A stretch of 64,000 nucleotides of DNA from Escherichia coli. GTDB taxonomy: Bacteria; Pseudomonadota; Gammaproteobacteria; Enterobacterales; Enterobacteriaceae. Location of the stretch: NCBI RefSeq assembly GCF_044324875.1, contig NZ_CP172185.1. The stretch is one strand, 5' to 3'. The first letter of the stretch is position 1, and each line of letters opens with the position of its first letter. The notes beneath the pieces are model-generated. The model was not told the origin of the DNA, made no database searches, and worked only from the letters and a program-made list of their open reading frames with translations. Of this stretch, positions 46,803 through 57,934 are shown piece after piece. A program made the translations under genes and the position numbers.

Positions 46803-47570
46803 ATGCGACATCCTTTAGTGATGGGTAACTGGAAACTGAACGGCAGCCGCCACATGGTTCACGAGCTGGTTTCTAACCTGCGTAAAGAGCTGGCAGGTGT
46901 TGCTGGCTGTGCGGTTGCAATCGCACCACCGGAAATGTACATCGATATGGCGAAGCGTGAAGCTGAAGGCAGCCACATCATGCTGGGTGCGCAAAACGTG
47001 GACCTGAACCTGTCCGGCGCATTCACCGGTGAAACCTCTGCTGCTATGCTGAAAGACATCGGCGCACAGTACATCATCATCGGCCACTCTGAACGTCGTA
47101 CTTACCACAAAGAGTCTGACGAACTGATCGCGAAAAAATTCGCGGTGCTGAAAGAGCAGGGTCTGACTCCGGTTCTGTGCATCGGTGAAACCGAAGCTGA
47201 AAACGAAGCGGGCAAAACTGAAGAAGTTTGTGCACGTCAGATCGACGCGGTACTGAAAACTCAGGGTGCTGCGGCATTCGAAGGTGCGGTTATCGCTTAC
47301 GAACCCGTATGGGCAATCGGTACTGGCAAATCTGCAACTCCGGCTCAGGCACAGGCTGTTCACAAATTCATCCGTGACCACATCGCTAAAGTTGACGCTA
47401 ACATCGCTGAACAAGTGATCATCCAGTACGGCGGCTCTGTAAACGCGTCTAACGCTGCAGAACTGTTTGCTCAGCCAGACATCGACGGCGCGCTGGTTGG
47501 CGGTGCTTCTCTGAAAGCTGACGCTTTCGCAGTGATCGTTAAAGCTGCAGAAGCGGCTAAACAGGCTTAA
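46803..47570 (+). CDS. tpiA: Triosephosphate isomerase
   Basis: 255-aa [53 protein letters not shown]... Confidence 0.97.
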
Positions 47571-47624
47571 GTCTGACAGGTGCCGGATTTCATATCCGGC
47601 ACTTACTTTCCTTAACTCCTCGCC

Positions 47625-48380
47625 TTAACGCAAAATCTCACACTGATGATCCTGGATTTCCTCGGCTGAAGCACGGTTCAGCGTCAGTAGATTTCGTTGT
47701 GTCGCCAGCAAAACAAACGAATTATCACTCTGCCGTACCATCGCCAGCCCGTAGCTTCCCATATGTTCCCGCGCCTCAGGCACTTCCTCTGCAAGCATCA
47801 TAAATGGGCTGCGTTGTACCAGTTCGCTTTCCGTTACCCGACGCGCCAGGTACTCATGCCCACGCAAACCACCTGGCAGTGGCAACCAGCGGCTGCTGAT
47901 GTTAGCCAGATTGTTATCCAGTTGTTCGCGCACATCAGGACGAATACAAGAGATATGAATATGAAAATGGTTTTGCGTACGCCCGGTGCGAGAGTTGATC
48001 GCCAAAGAAACCGCGCGATCGGGAACCGGCTGGCCGTATTTTTTGCTCATAAAATCACGCGCCTGCCAGGCCAACCAAAAGAAGTTCGGCGTTGAAGGAT
48101 CGGTCAACAAAGGACTTTCCGTGCCGTTAATACGATACGTTGGCATCAACAGATATTGCAGTGGGCCATTAAGATCTTTTAAAACCACGTATCCGGCATT
48201 GGGTTTGACTTCCGCACATGGCGAAGGATTTTTATTTTGCTGTTGATTGGGCAAACATTCCTCAAGGACAATCTTACGTAGTGTATCCGACTCTTCACCG
48301 GTTAATTTCCAGTAACCAATACCGGCAGCCACAACGGCGATAACTATCATCACCAAAAAAAGAAGACCCGCTTTTTTCAT
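47625..48380 (-). CDS. cdh: CDP-diacylglycerol pyrophosphatase
   Basis: Internal ATG at 48380 gives 251 aa [42 protein letters not shown]...; ORF-track start is a 64-codon extension through the sbp terminator. Confidence 0.92.
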   Translation of the reverse strand: MKKAGLLFLVMIVIAVVAAGIGYWKLTGEESDTLRKIVLEECLPNQQQNKNPSPCAEVKPNAGYVVLKDLNGPLQYLLMPTYRINGTESPLLTDPSTPNFFWLAWQARDFMSKKYGQPVPDRAVSLAINSRTGRTQNHFHIHISCIRPDVREQLDNNLANISSRWLPLPGGLRGHEYLARRVTESELVQRSPFMMLAEEVPEAREHMGSYGLAMVRQSDNSFVLLATQRNLLTLNRASAEEIQDHQCEILR

Positions 48381-48437
48381 CTTTTTTTCCCTGTACCTCA
48401 AAGAGATGCAAGGGTAACGCAAAATCGTGACAAATAA

Positions 48438-48470
48438 AAAACCCGGTCGCGAGAAACCACCGGGTTTGAT
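48438..48470 (-). terminator. Intrinsic terminator after sbp
   Basis: Plus strand aaaaaa + cccggt-cgcgagaaacc-accggg; on minus strand a hairpin followed by a U-run. Confidence 0.75.
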
Positions 48471-48486
48471 AATTATCCTGGGGAAA

Positions 48487-49476
48487 TCAGCGTTTGCTGA
48501 TCTGATCGAACGTACCGCCGTTAGCAAAATGCTCTTTTTGCGCTTTCGTCCAGCCGCCGAACTCTTCATCAATGGTGAATAACTTCAGCTTTGGAAACGC
48601 ATTTTCGTACTTTTTCGCCACCTCAGCATCGCGCGGACGGTAGTAGTTTTTCGCGGCAATTTCCTGACCTTCTGGCGAGTAGAGATATTTCAGGTAGGCT
48701 TCCGCCACCTCTTTGGTGCCTTTTTTCTCGACCACTTTATCGACCACCGACACGGTTGGCTCTGCGAGGATAGACTCACTCGGCGTAACGATTTCGAATT
48801 TATCTTTCCCCAGTTCATTCGCTGCCAGCAGAGCTTCGTTTTCCCAGGCGATCAGTACATCGCCAATCCCGCGCTCGACAAAGGTATTAGTGGAGCCGCG
48901 CGCGCCAGAATCCAGAACTTCGACGTTTTTATACAGTGCCCGAACAAAATCCTGTGCTTTTGCCTGATCGTTGTTGTTGTGATGCAGCGCGTAGCCCCAG
49001 GCAGCCAGGTAGTTCCAGCGCGCGCCACCAGAGCTTTTCGGATTAGGCGTGATCACCGAAACACCCGGTTTAATCAGATCGTTCCAGTCATGGATCTGCT
49101 TCGGATTGCCCTTACGCACCAGGAAAACAATGGTGGAAGTGTACGGTGCGGAGTTATCCGGCAGACGTTTGATCCACTCTTTATCAATCCGCCCGCGTTC
49201 CGCAATCGCGTCCACGTCATAGGCCAGAGCCAGAGTGACAACATCAGCTTCAATACCATTGATTACCGACGTCGCTTGTTTGCCTGAACCACCGTGTGAC
49301 TGACGAATCACCACGTTATCGCCAGTTTGCTGTTTCCAGTGGGCGCTGAATGCCTTGTTGTACTGTTCGTACAATTCGCGCGTTGGATCATATGAAACGT
49401 TAAGAAGCTGAATATCCTTTGCCATAACGCTGGTTGCCGCCAGCAAAAATGTTAACCCTACGCCCCACTTGTTCAT
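48487..49476 (-). CDS. sbp: Periplasmic sulfate-binding protein
   Basis: 329-aa ORF with signal peptide [40 protein letters not shown]... Confidence 0.96.
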
Positions 49477-49588
49477 CGCCCGACTCTCTTATGTTGTGTT
49501 GTGATGAGCAAAGCGTGCCAGAAGGTTAACAAAACATTAAAGAATAAAAAAAGATTTGCTATAACTTGCGGGTATATGTTGAGGGATT

Positions 49589-49610
49589 AAAAAGGCGGAA
49601 GAAATCCGCC
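49589..49610 (-). terminator. Probable intrinsic terminator of the pfkA transcript
   Basis: Plus strand aaaaa + ggcgg-aagaaat-ccgcc; on minus strand a hairpin followed by a U-run. Confidence 0.55.
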
Positions 49611-49638
49611 TCATATTGCTGACAAAGTGCGCTTTATC

Positions 49639-49740
49639 GATGCCGGATGCGGCGCGAACGCCTTATCCGGCCTACAAAAGTTTGCAAATTCAATAAATTG
49701 CAGAATTCATGTAGGCCTGATAAGCGAAGCGCATCAGGCA
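49639..49740. repeat. BIME: two REP elements in inverted orientation
   Basis: gatgccggatgcggcgcgaacgccttatccggcctac (49639-49675) and gtaggcctgataagcgaagcgcatcaggca (49711-49740). Confidence 0.8.
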
Positions 49741-49795
49741 TTTTTGCTTCTGTCATCGGTTTCAGGCTAAAGGAATCTGCCTTTTTCCGAAATCA

Positions 49796-50758
49796 TTAAT
49801 ACAGTTTTTTCGCGCAGTCCAGCCAGTCGCCTTTGAACGGACGCTTCATGTTTTCGATAGCGTCGATGATGTCGTGGTGAACCAGCTGTTCGTTCTGGAT
49901 ACCTACGCAACGACCGCCGTAACCTGCCAGCAGCAGATCGATAGCGTAAGCGCCCATACGGGAAGCCAGAATACGGTCGTAAGGCACCGGAGAACCACCG
50001 CGCTGGATGTGGCCCAGCACAGTTGCGCGGGTTTCACGACCGGTTTCTTTCTCGATGAAATGCGCCAGTTCGTCAACATCACACATATGTTCGGTAATCG
50101 CCACGATCGCGTGTTTTTTACCTTTCGCGATACCCGCTTTGATTTCGTTTACCAGGTCTTCACGGCTGAATTCAACTTCCGGAACTACAACGAATTCACA
50201 GCCACCGGCAATGGCCGCAGCCAGGGTCAGATCGCCACAATAACGGCCCATCACTTCCACCACGGAAATACGCTGGTGAGAAGAAGAGGTGTCACGCAGA
50301 CGGTCGATCGCTTCTACAACGGTGCTCAGCGCAGTGAAGAAACCGATAGTGTAGTCAGTGCCTTTGATGTCGTTGTCGATAGTGCCCGGCAGACCGATGC
50401 ACGGGAAGCCCATTTCGGTCAGACGCATTGCACCCATGTAGGAACCGTCACCGCCGATAACCACCAGCGCGTCGATACCACGTTTTTTCAGGTTTTCGAT
50501 AGCCACGGCGCGGATGTTCTCGTCGCGGAATTCCGGGAAACGCGCAGAACCGAGGAACGTACCACCACGGTTGATCATGTCAGAAACGCTGTAACGGTCT
50601 AGCTGTACCATACGGTCTTCATACAGACCCAGATAGCCGTCATAAATGCCCATTACTTCCAGACCTTCTGTCAGCGCAGAACGAACAACCCCGCGAATTG
50701 CGGCGTTCATGCCTGGCGCATCACCGCCGCTTGTCAACACACCGATTTTCTTAATCAT
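49796..50758 (-). CDS. pfkA: 6-phosphofructokinase I
   Basis: Internal ATG at 50758 gives 320 aa [42 protein letters not shown]...; ORF-track start is a 32-codon extension. Confidence 0.97.
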
Positions 50759-50938
50759 GACTACCTCTGAACTTTGGAATGCAAAATGAAATCTGTTGCC
50801 GGAAGTCTTCTTGCACATCGAAGTGATCCAACGAATGTGCAAATAGTATAACAATCACTTCCTGCTGAATTGATTCAGGTCAGGCCAAATGGCGGTATTT
50901 TATACACAAAATGCGGGTCTGGCTCTCTTTTATACTGA

Positions 50939-51841
50939 TTATGAAAGCATAGACCGTTTACCCTCCCTGGGTACGACGGAACAGGGGTCCTGATGGATAA
51001 TCACATCCGATCCCGGAAAACGCCGTAAAATAGCCTGCTCTACCTGATCCGCCACCATATGTGCCTGAACCAAAGGCAGAGAGTCTTCCATTTCCAAATG
51101 AATCTGAATAAAGCGGGTCGGCCCTGACTGCCGCGTGCGAAGATCGTGAGCGCCGCTAACACCCGGCCAGGAAGTCACGATATCAATAATTTCTTGCCGT
51201 TCTTCATCAGGCAATGCGCGATCCAGTAATGACTGTACCGCCTCATATCCCATGCGTAACGCGCTATATAAAATATAGATGCCGATTCCCAATGCAAACA
51301 GAGCATCGGCGCGATGCCAGCCGTACCAGGACAACCCCAGCGCCAGCAGAATTGCGCCGTTCATCATAACATCAGACTGGTAATGTAGCATATCAGCCCG
51401 CACCGCCTGGCTTTGCGTCCGGCGCACCACCCACCGCTGAAACGAGACAAGGATAATCGTACAAATTAGCGCCACAATTGTCACGATTACCCCGACGCCT
51501 GGATCTGTCATCGGTGTTGGAGATATCAGATGTTGAATACCCGTCAAAAAGAGGAATAGTGCCGAACCGGAGATAAACATACTTTGCGCCAGCGCCGCGA
51601 GGGACTCAGCTTTACCGTGACCAAACGAGTGATTATCGTCGGCAGGTTGCAGGGAATATCGCACCACCAGTAAATTCGTCAACGACGCGCCGATATCCAC
51701 CAGCGAATCCACCAGCGCGGCGAGAATACTCACCGACCCGGTATACCACCATGCAAAAATTTTAATCAGCAATAGCAGTGAAGCCATCGCCGTTGCAGCA
51801 ATCGCCGCCCGACTGACCAGCCGTCCATAAGATTGATTCAT
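50939..51841 (-). CDS. fieF: Cation-diffusion facilitator (Zn/Fe efflux) FieF/YiiP
   Basis: Internal ATG at 51841 gives 300 aa [47 protein letters not shown]... Confidence 0.94.
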
Positions 51842-51922
51842 AAATACTCCCGCTATCAACTGACGCTAGTATAACGGAAGCAAATCATCTGCAATGCATT
51901 AAGCAGCAGGCAAATTGAGGAT

Positions 51923-51989
51923 AAAAAAAACCCCCACATCATGTGGGGGAAGACAGGGATGGTGTCTATGGCAAGGAAAACAGGGTTTA
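51923..51989 (-). ncRNA. cpxQ: Probable CpxQ sRNA (cpxP 3'-UTR-derived) ending at the cpxP intrinsic terminator
   Basis: Seen: strong terminator (minus-strand hairpin cccccacatgatgtggggg + U-run, plus coords 51923-51949) ~40 nt after the cpxP stop. Established knowledge: CpxQ is processed from the cpxP 3' UTR. The 5' end cannot be defined from sequence alone. Confidence 0.5.
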
Positions 51990-52490
51990 CTACTGGGAAC
52001 GTGAGTTGCTACTACTCAATAGCTTCAACGATGAACTTTTTTGCCATTGCGTCACGTCACGCAACTGCTCCATTCGTTGTTGATGTTTCTCATTTAAAAC
52101 CGCTTGCTGCTCCGGCGTTAACAGGCGATACATTTGGTTGCGGACTTTTGCCATCTCAACCTGACGAGCAATTTGCTCATTCGCCATTTTTTCTGCCTGT
52201 GCGCGCACAGCGTTTTCATCAAAATTTTCTGCGGTGACAAGGCGATGCATTGTCTCCAGTTCGCTAACATTAACAGGAGGCTGTTCGTGCCGGGCCTGTT
52301 GCATAAGATCTCGCATCTGCTGACGCTGATGTTCGGTTAAACTTATGCCGTCGAACATATGGCTCTGCGTACTGCGCTGCGTAAGTTCTTCACCCGGATG
52401 CCAGTTATCGCCTGAACCGACTTCAGCAGCGTGGCTTAATGAACTGACTGCCAGCGTTGAGGCCATGACGGCAGCGGTAACTATGCGCAT
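51990..52490 (-). CDS. cpxP: Periplasmic stress adaptor CpxP
   Basis: ATG at 52490 gives 166 aa [36 protein letters not shown]...; two LTxxQ motifs. Confidence 0.95.
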
Positions 52491-52569
52491 CATTTGCTCC
52501 CAAAATCTTTCTGTCGCGATTCAACGATAGAGAGTTTACGATTCAGGCTGCAAACATGCGTCAGGGGGT

Positions 52570-52584
52570 GTAAAACAACGTAAA
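52570..52584. promoter_or_regulatory. CpxR-P binding site (GTAAA-N5-GTAAA) in cpxP/cpxRA divergent region
   Basis: gtaaaacaacgtaaa exactly matches the CpxR consensus direct repeat. Confidence 0.65.
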
Positions 52585-52639
52585 GTCATGGATTAGCGAC
52601 GTCTGATGACGTAATTTCTGCCTCGGAGGTATTTAAACA

Positions 52640-53338
52640 ATGAATAAAATCCTGTTAGTTGATGATGACCGAGAGCTGACTTCCCTATTAAAGGAGCTGC
52701 TCGAGATGGAAGGCTTCAACGTGATTGTTGCCCACGATGGGGAACAGGCGCTTGATCTTCTGGACGACAGCATTGATTTACTTTTGCTTGATGTAATGAT
52801 GCCGAAGAAAAATGGTATCGACACATTAAAAGCACTTCGCCAGACACACCAGACGCCTGTCATTATGTTGACGGCGCGCGGCAGTGAACTTGATCGCGTT
52901 CTCGGCCTTGAGCTGGGCGCAGATGACTATCTCCCGAAACCGTTTAATGATCGTGAGCTGGTGGCACGTATTCGCGCGATCCTGCGCCGTTCGCACTGGA
53001 GCGAGCAACAGCAAAACAACGACAACGGTTCACCGACACTGGAAGTTGATGCCTTAGTGCTGAATCCAGGCCGTCAGGAAGCCAGCTTCGACGGGCAAAC
53101 GCTGGAGTTAACCGGCACTGAGTTTACCCTGCTCTATTTGCTGGCACAGCATCTGGGTCAGGTGGTTTCCCGTGAACATTTAAGCCAGGAAGTGCTGGGC
53201 AAACGCCTGACGCCTTTCGACCGCGCTATCGATATGCACATTTCCAACCTGCGTCGTAAACTGCCGGATCGTAAAGATGGTCACCCGTGGTTTAAAACCT
53301 TGCGTGGTCGCGGCTATCTGATGGTTTCTGCTTCATGA
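52640..53338 (+). CDS. cpxR: Envelope stress response regulator CpxR (OmpR family)
   Basis: 232-aa ORF MNKILLVDDDRELTSLLKELLEMEGFNVIVAHDGEQALDLL...; 4-nt ATGA overlap with cpxA. Confidence 0.97.
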   Translation: MNKILLVDDDRELTSLLKELLEMEGFNVIVAHDGEQALDLLDDSIDLLLLDVMMPKKNGIDTLKALRQTHQTPVIMLTARGSELDRVLGLELGADDYLPKPFNDRELVARIRAILRRSHWSEQQQNNDNGSPTLEVDALVLNPGRQEASFDGQTLELTGTEFTLLYLLAQHLGQVVSREHLSQEVLGKRLTPFDRAIDMHISNLRRKLPDRKDGHPWFKTLRGRGYLMVSAS

Positions 53339-54708
53339 TAGGCAGCTTAACCGCGCGCATCTTCGCCATCTTCTGGCTGACGCTGGCGCTGGTGTTGATG
53401 TTGGTTTTGATGTTACCCAAGCTCGATTCACGCCAGATGACCGAGCTTCTGGATAGCGAACAGCGTCAGGGGCTGATGATTGAGCAGCATGTTGAAGCGG
53501 AGCTGGCGAACGATCCGCCCAATGATTTAATGTGGTGGCGGCGTCTGTTCCGGGCGATTGATAAGTGGGCACCGCCAGGACAGCGTTTGTTATTGGTGAC
53601 CACCGAAGGCCGCGTGATCGGCGCTGAACGCAGCGAAATGCAGATCATTCGTAACTTTATTGGTCAGGCCGATAACGCCGATCATCCGCAGAAGAAAAAG
53701 TATGGGCGCGTGGAACTGGTCGGTCCGTTCTCCGTGCGTGATGGCGAAGATAATTACCAACTTTATCTGATTCGTCCGGCCAGCAGTTCTCAATCCGATT
53801 TCATTAACTTACTGTTTGACCGCCCGCTATTACTGCTGATTGTCACCATGTTGGTCAGTACGCCGCTGCTGTTGTGGTTGGCCTGGAGTCTGGCAAAACC
53901 GGCGCGTAAGCTGAAAAACGCTGCCGATGAAGTTGCCCAGGGAAACTTACGCCAGCACCCGGAACTGGAAGCGGGGCCACAGGAATTCCTTGCCGCAGGT
54001 GCCAGTTTTAACCAGATGGTCACCGCGCTGGAGCGCATGATGACCTCTCAGCAGCGTCTGCTTTCTGATATCTCTCACGAGCTGCGCACCCCGCTGACGC
54101 GTCTGCAACTGGGTACGGCGTTACTGCGCCGTCGTAGTGGTGAAAGCAAGGAACTGGAGCGTATTGAAACCGAAGCGCAACGTCTGGACAGCATGATTAA
54201 CGACCTGTTGGTGATGTCACGTAATCAGCAGAAAAATGCGCTGGTAAGCGAGACATTGAAAGCTAACCAGTTGTGGGGCGAAGTGCTGGATAACGCGGCG
54301 TTCGAAGCCGAGCAGATGGGCAAGTCGTTGACGGTTAACTTCCCGCCTGGGCCGTGGCCGCTGTACGGCAACCCGAACGCCCTGGAGAGTGCGCTGGAAA
54401 ACATTGTTCGTAATGCCCTGCGTTATTCCCATACGAAGATTGAAGTGGGCTTTGCGGTAGATAAAGACGGTATCACCATTACGGTGGACGACGATGGTCC
54501 TGGCGTTAGCCCGGAAGATCGCGAACAGATTTTCCGTCCGTTCTATCGTACCGATGAAGCACGCGATCGTGAATCTGGCGGTACAGGTTTGGGGCTGGCA
54601 ATTGTTGAAACCGCCATTCAGCAGCATCGTGGCTGGGTTAAAGCGGAAGACAGCCCGCTGGGCGGTTTACGGCTGGTGATTTGGTTGCCGCTGTATAAGC
54701 GGAGTTAA
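53335..54708 (+). CDS. cpxA: Envelope stress sensor histidine kinase CpxA
   Basis: 457-aa ORF MIGSLTARIFAIFWLTLALVLMLVLMLPKLDSRQ...; H-box DISHELRTPLTRL. Confidence 0.97.
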   Translation: MIGSLTARIFAIFWLTLALVLMLVLMLPKLDSRQMTELLDSEQRQGLMIEQHVEAELANDPPNDLMWWRRLFRAIDKWAPPGQRLLLVTTEGRVIGAERSEMQIIRNFIGQADNADHPQKKKYGRVELVGPFSVRDGEDNYQLYLIRPASSSQSDFINLLFDRPLLLLIVTMLVSTPLLLWLAWSLAKPARKLKNAADEVAQGNLRQHPELEAGPQEFLAAGASFNQMVTALERMMTSQQRLLSDISHELRTPLTRLQLGTALLRRRSGESKELERIETEAQRLDSMINDLLVMSRNQQKNALVSETLKANQLWGEVLDNAAFEAEQMGKSLTVNFPPGPWPLYGNPNALESALENIVRNALRYSHTKIEVGFAVDKDGITITVDDDGPGVSPEDREQIFRPFYRTDEARDRESGGTGLGLAIVETAIQQHRGWVKAEDSPLGGLRLVIWLPLYKRS

Positions 54709-54769
54709 ACTCGGCGCAGAGCCGTCCCCTTCGGGGTGAAGGCAACAGGTCAGCACTGTGCGAACTGAT

Positions 54770-54897
54770 ACCCTCACCCCGGCCCTCTCCCTGAAAGGGC
54801 GAGGGGGAAAAACGTAGCCCTGTTCAGCAACGGAGCTGAGCACCGCTCCGGACAGTCCCCTCGCCCCTCTGGGGAGAGGGTTAGGGTGAGGGGAAAA
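54770..54897. repeat. GC-rich palindromic intergenic repeat, two copies
   Basis: 54770-54812 (ccctcaccccggccctctccctgaaagggcgagggggaaaaa) and 54853-54897 (cagtcccctcgcccctctggggagagggttagggtgaggggaaaaa, near-identical to 731-776). Confidence 0.75.
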
Positions 54898-54963
54898 ATT
54901 CAGCACAATGCAAACGGCACTGCTCTCACCGGAAACCATGCCAGATTTCGTATTAAGGCAGAC

Positions 54964-55638
54964 TTATTTTCCCCACAACCGGCGGGAAAAATCTTCGATC
55001 TTGCCGCTCAGTCGGCGCTTTTGCATCGTCCGCGTCCAGCTTTTCGATAACCCGGCAGCGGAGAGTAAACGGTGATACTGCTCGTCATCAAACGGCATAT
55101 GCCATGCGATGGCGGCAGCCTCCTGCACGGTCACATCACTGACACGGGAAACCAACTCCAGCGGAGCATCAGCAGATACCAACCCTGGCGCAATCACGCT
55201 ATACAACCACCCCACTTTACCCGTGTTTTGCATCAACTGCGCTATATCGCTGATATCAAAATGGTAATTGAGTTTATAGCAAGGTGAGCGTGGCTGGCTG
55301 ACCTGAATTAATGCCTCTCCCCAGCGGAAAATATCGCCAATATAAACATTACTTTCCGTCAGACCGTCGGTTGAGAGATTTTCGCCAAACGCAGGCGCAA
55401 CAAACAACTCCGCCTGTTCCGGAAATTCCCGCGCCCAGTAAAGATAATGCTCACGAGGATAATGACACAGCGCTCTGTCTGGCCCGCCGTGAACCTTTTT
55501 CTCCGCCTGCTCGTCACCTTCCAGCCCCAGCTCCGTCAGCATCAACTCACCATCAACCTGGATTTTGGCAATTGCGCTGGGTTTGCCTTCGGGATAAGCC
55601 TGAATCTTGCCTGTGTATACATCAACCGGATATCGCAT
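54964..55638 (-). CDS. yiiM: MOSC-domain protein YiiM
   Basis: Internal ATG at 55638 gives 224 aa MRYPVDVYTGKIQAYPEGKPSAIAKIQVDGELMLTELG... Confidence 0.9.
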   Translation of the reverse strand: MRYPVDVYTGKIQAYPEGKPSAIAKIQVDGELMLTELGLEGDEQAEKKVHGGPDRALCHYPREHYLYWAREFPEQAELFVAPAFGENLSTDGLTESNVYIGDIFRWGEALIQVSQPRSPCYKLNYHFDISDIAQLMQNTGKVGWLYSVIAPGLVSADAPLELVSRVSDVTVQEAAAIAWHMPFDDEQYHRLLSAAGLSKSWTRTMQKRRLSGKIEDFSRRLWGK

Positions 55639-55786
55639 CTGTTCCCTCTCCACGAGAAATTTCCCCATTAGACCATATTTATTTTATGTCAGGCGTGCTG
55701 TTTTCGCGGTAAGTATCCAGGCAGGAACTCAATAGCAAACCGGACGAACGTTAGTTCATCCGGCTGTGGGGATTAAGGAAGCAGGT

Positions 55787-56770
55787 TTATTTCACCGTAC
55801 CTAAAATTTCGATTTTCGCTGCTCTGGCTTTGACTTTACGTGACCAGATAGAGGTAAGAATTGGCACCAGAATCGAAGTCACAATGACCGCCGTTGCTAC
55901 CAGCGAAGTTGCTGCCGGAGCCATTGGTTTAAACGCAGGCACCATTTCTGCAATCAGCACAGGTGTCGCTACCGCGGCCCCTGCGGAACTGGAAGCGGCA
56001 ATTCCGGCAGTGCCATCGCCACCGCCAATCAATTTATCGGCGATAATCAACGGAATACCGGTCACGATAATTACTGCCACACCCAACAGGATCCCCAGCA
56101 AACCTGTCTGGGCAATTACAGTCAAATCAATGGTATTACCCAGTGCGAAGGCAAAGAATGGAATCAGCGTCTGCACCGCTTTGCTGAAAAATTCTCGTAA
56201 TTCAGGGTCAAGGTTCCCAAGGGCAAAGCCCACCAGGAATGGTAATACTGCGCCGACGAAAACATGCGGTTCAAACGAGGCAATCCCGGCAGTGCCCAGA
56301 ATAATCATCGTCATGAGCGGCCCGGACTCCAATGACATCAACACAAATGCCCCAGCTTCTTCTTTTGTGCCGTACTGCTGCATGATGGAAGCGTAAAGTC
56401 CGCCGTTGGTCATATCCATCGCCGCCACCAGCGCCAGCGTTGAAAGTCCGGCAAAGAATCCAACTTCAACACCATGTTCCGGAATAATGCGCGAGGCAAT
56501 TGCCGCAACCACCCACGCGACGGCAATTTTTGTTACCACCAGCGTACCGGATTTACGCAATACCGTTCCCGTCGCGCTTAATTTTATTGACGCCCCCATG
56601 CAAAAAAACCACACCGCCAGAATGGGCACCGTACCGGTAATCATCCCGTTGGTGAATGATCCAAAATATTTCCCCGCCTCCGGCGAGAAGGTGTGGCACA
56701 GTGCACCAAGGAATAACGGGACGAGCATCATCCCCCCCGGGATTTTCTCAATCGAGCGTTTTATCTGCAT
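55787..56770 (-). CDS. kdgT: 2-keto-3-deoxygluconate permease
   Basis: Internal ATG at 56770 gives 327 aa [37 protein letters not shown]...; polytopic membrane protein. Confidence 0.92.
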   Translation of the reverse strand: MQIKRSIEKIPGGMMLVPLFLGALCHTFSPEAGKYFGSFTNGMITGTVPILAVWFFCMGASIKLSATGTVLRKSGTLVVTKIAVAWVVAAIASRIIPEHGVEVGFFAGLSTLALVAAMDMTNGGLYASIMQQYGTKEEAGAFVLMSLESGPLMTMIILGTAGIASFEPHVFVGAVLPFLVGFALGNLDPELREFFSKAVQTLIPFFAFALGNTIDLTVIAQTGLLGILLGVAVIIVTGIPLIIADKLIGGGDGTAGIAASSSAGAAVATPVLIAEMVPAFKPMAPAATSLVATAVIVTSILVPILTSIWSRKVKARAAKIEILGTVK

Positions 56771-56889
56771 TTCCATCACCTGTCGGCATATTTTTAAGGG
56801 CTGATGCGTCATTCCTCAATGGAGCATCAGTGTTGATGGAAACGAAGATAGACATTCATTTAATCAATAAAAGTGATCAAAACCACATC

Positions 56890-56908
56890 AATTGAAACAC
56901 TGTTTTAT
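56890..56908. promoter_or_regulatory. Candidate KdgR operator upstream of kdgT
   Basis: attgaaacactgttttatt: palindromic GAAACA/TGTTTT core resembling the KdgR box (AATRAAAYRNYRTTTYATT), ~120 nt upstream of kdgT start. Confidence 0.45.
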
Positions 56909-56944
56909 TTTTATCGGATCATTGTTTTTATTTTGAAATTGATC

Positions 56945-56973
56945 ACAAAAAAACCACCGCCGTTGGCGATGGT
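56945..56973 (-). terminator. Intrinsic terminator after sodA
   Basis: Plus strand aaaaaaa + accaccgcc-gttg-gcgatggt (7/8 bp stem); on minus strand a hairpin followed by a U-run. Confidence 0.6.
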
Positions 56974-57029
56974 TCATTTTTTAAGCTGATATGCGGCGTA
57001 AACGCCTCATTGCAGCAGGCGGCAAATGA

Positions 57030-57650
57030 TTATTTTTTCGCCGCGAAACGTGCCGCTGCTTCGTCCCAGTTCACCACGTTCCAGAACTCTTTGATGTAGT
57101 CAGGACGGCGGTTCTGGAATTTCAGGTAGTAAGCATGTTCCCACACATCCAGGCCCAGAATCGGGAAGCCGGAAGCGCCAGAAATAGCTTCACCCATCAG
57201 CGGGGAATCCTGGTTAGCAGTAGAAACCACCGCCAGTTTATCGCCTTTCAGCACCAGCCATGCCCAGCCGGAACCAAAGCGGGAAGCTGCCGCTTTCTCA
57301 AATTCTGCTTTGAAGTTATCAACGGAGCCGAAGTCACGTTCGATAGCCGCTTTCAGGTCACCCTGCAGGGTGGTGCCTTTTTTCAGACCTTTCCAGAACA
57401 GGCTGTGGTTAGCGTGACCGCCAGCGTTGTTGCGCAGTACGGTTTTCTTGTCTGCTGGCAGCTGGTCCAGTTTGGTGATCAGCTCTTCAACCGGCAGGTT
57501 GGCAAATTCTGGCAGGCTTTCCAGCGCCGCGTTGGCGTTGTTGACGTAGGTCTGATGGTGTTTGGTGTGGTGGATTTCCATGGTCTGCTTATCGAAGTGC
57601 GGTTCCAGGGCATCGTAAGCATACGGCAGGGATGGCAGGGTATAACTCAT
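57030..57650 (-). CDS. sodA: Manganese superoxide dismutase
   Basis: ATG at 57650 gives 206 aa [40 protein letters not shown]... Confidence 0.97.
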   Translation of the reverse strand: MSYTLPSLPYAYDALEPHFDKQTMEIHHTKHHQTYVNNANAALESLPEFANLPVEELITKLDQLPADKKTVLRNNAGGHANHSLFWKGLKKGTTLQGDLKAAIERDFGSVDNFKAEFEKAAASRFGSGWAWLVLKGDKLAVVSTANQDSPLMGEAISGASGFPILGLDVWEHAYYLKFQNRRPDYIKEFWNVVNWDEAAARFAAKK

Positions 57651-57730
57651 ATTCATCTCCAGTGTTGTCGGGCGGCCGATTGTTAATGCCGCGTAAGCAG
57701 TTGGTTCATTATAGTTAATTAAATGATATT

Positions 57731-57747
57731 GAAAATGATTATCAATG
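57731..57747. promoter_or_regulatory. Candidate Fur box in sodA promoter
   Basis: gaaaatgattatcaatg resembles the Fur consensus GATAATGATAATCATTATC; ~80 nt upstream of sodA ATG. Confidence 0.45.
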
Positions 57748-57934
57748 CCGTACTTTTCGTAAGGGTATGGTTTTGCAGGAAAATGCCCGAGATGTGAAGC
57801 AAATCACCCACTTAATGCCGTGATTGCCAGTAAATCGACAACGGCGGCAACAGGCGAAAGGTTAATCGACAGCACGATTTTTACACTCATCTCGTCGGAG
57901 ATGTGACGCGACGAAAAATGATGAGGATAAGAAG

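Noticed and set aside
46815-47414. 199-aa minus-strand ORF antisense to tpiA; similar cases antisense to pfkA (49874-50602), glpX (42800-43413), rhaA (62982-63830), eptC (4647-5171), ptsA (13827-14240), kdgT (55830-56396), sodA (57135-57686), katG (19045-20013)
   Set aside because: All lie wholly within well-supported core genes on the opposite strand; no independent evidence of coding
54721-54900. Possible CRISPR array suggested by repeated GC-rich units
   Set aside because: Only two to three copies per locus, in mixed orientation, with irregular spacing and no unique spacers of uniform length; no cas genes in the window; better explained as intergenic palindromic repeats
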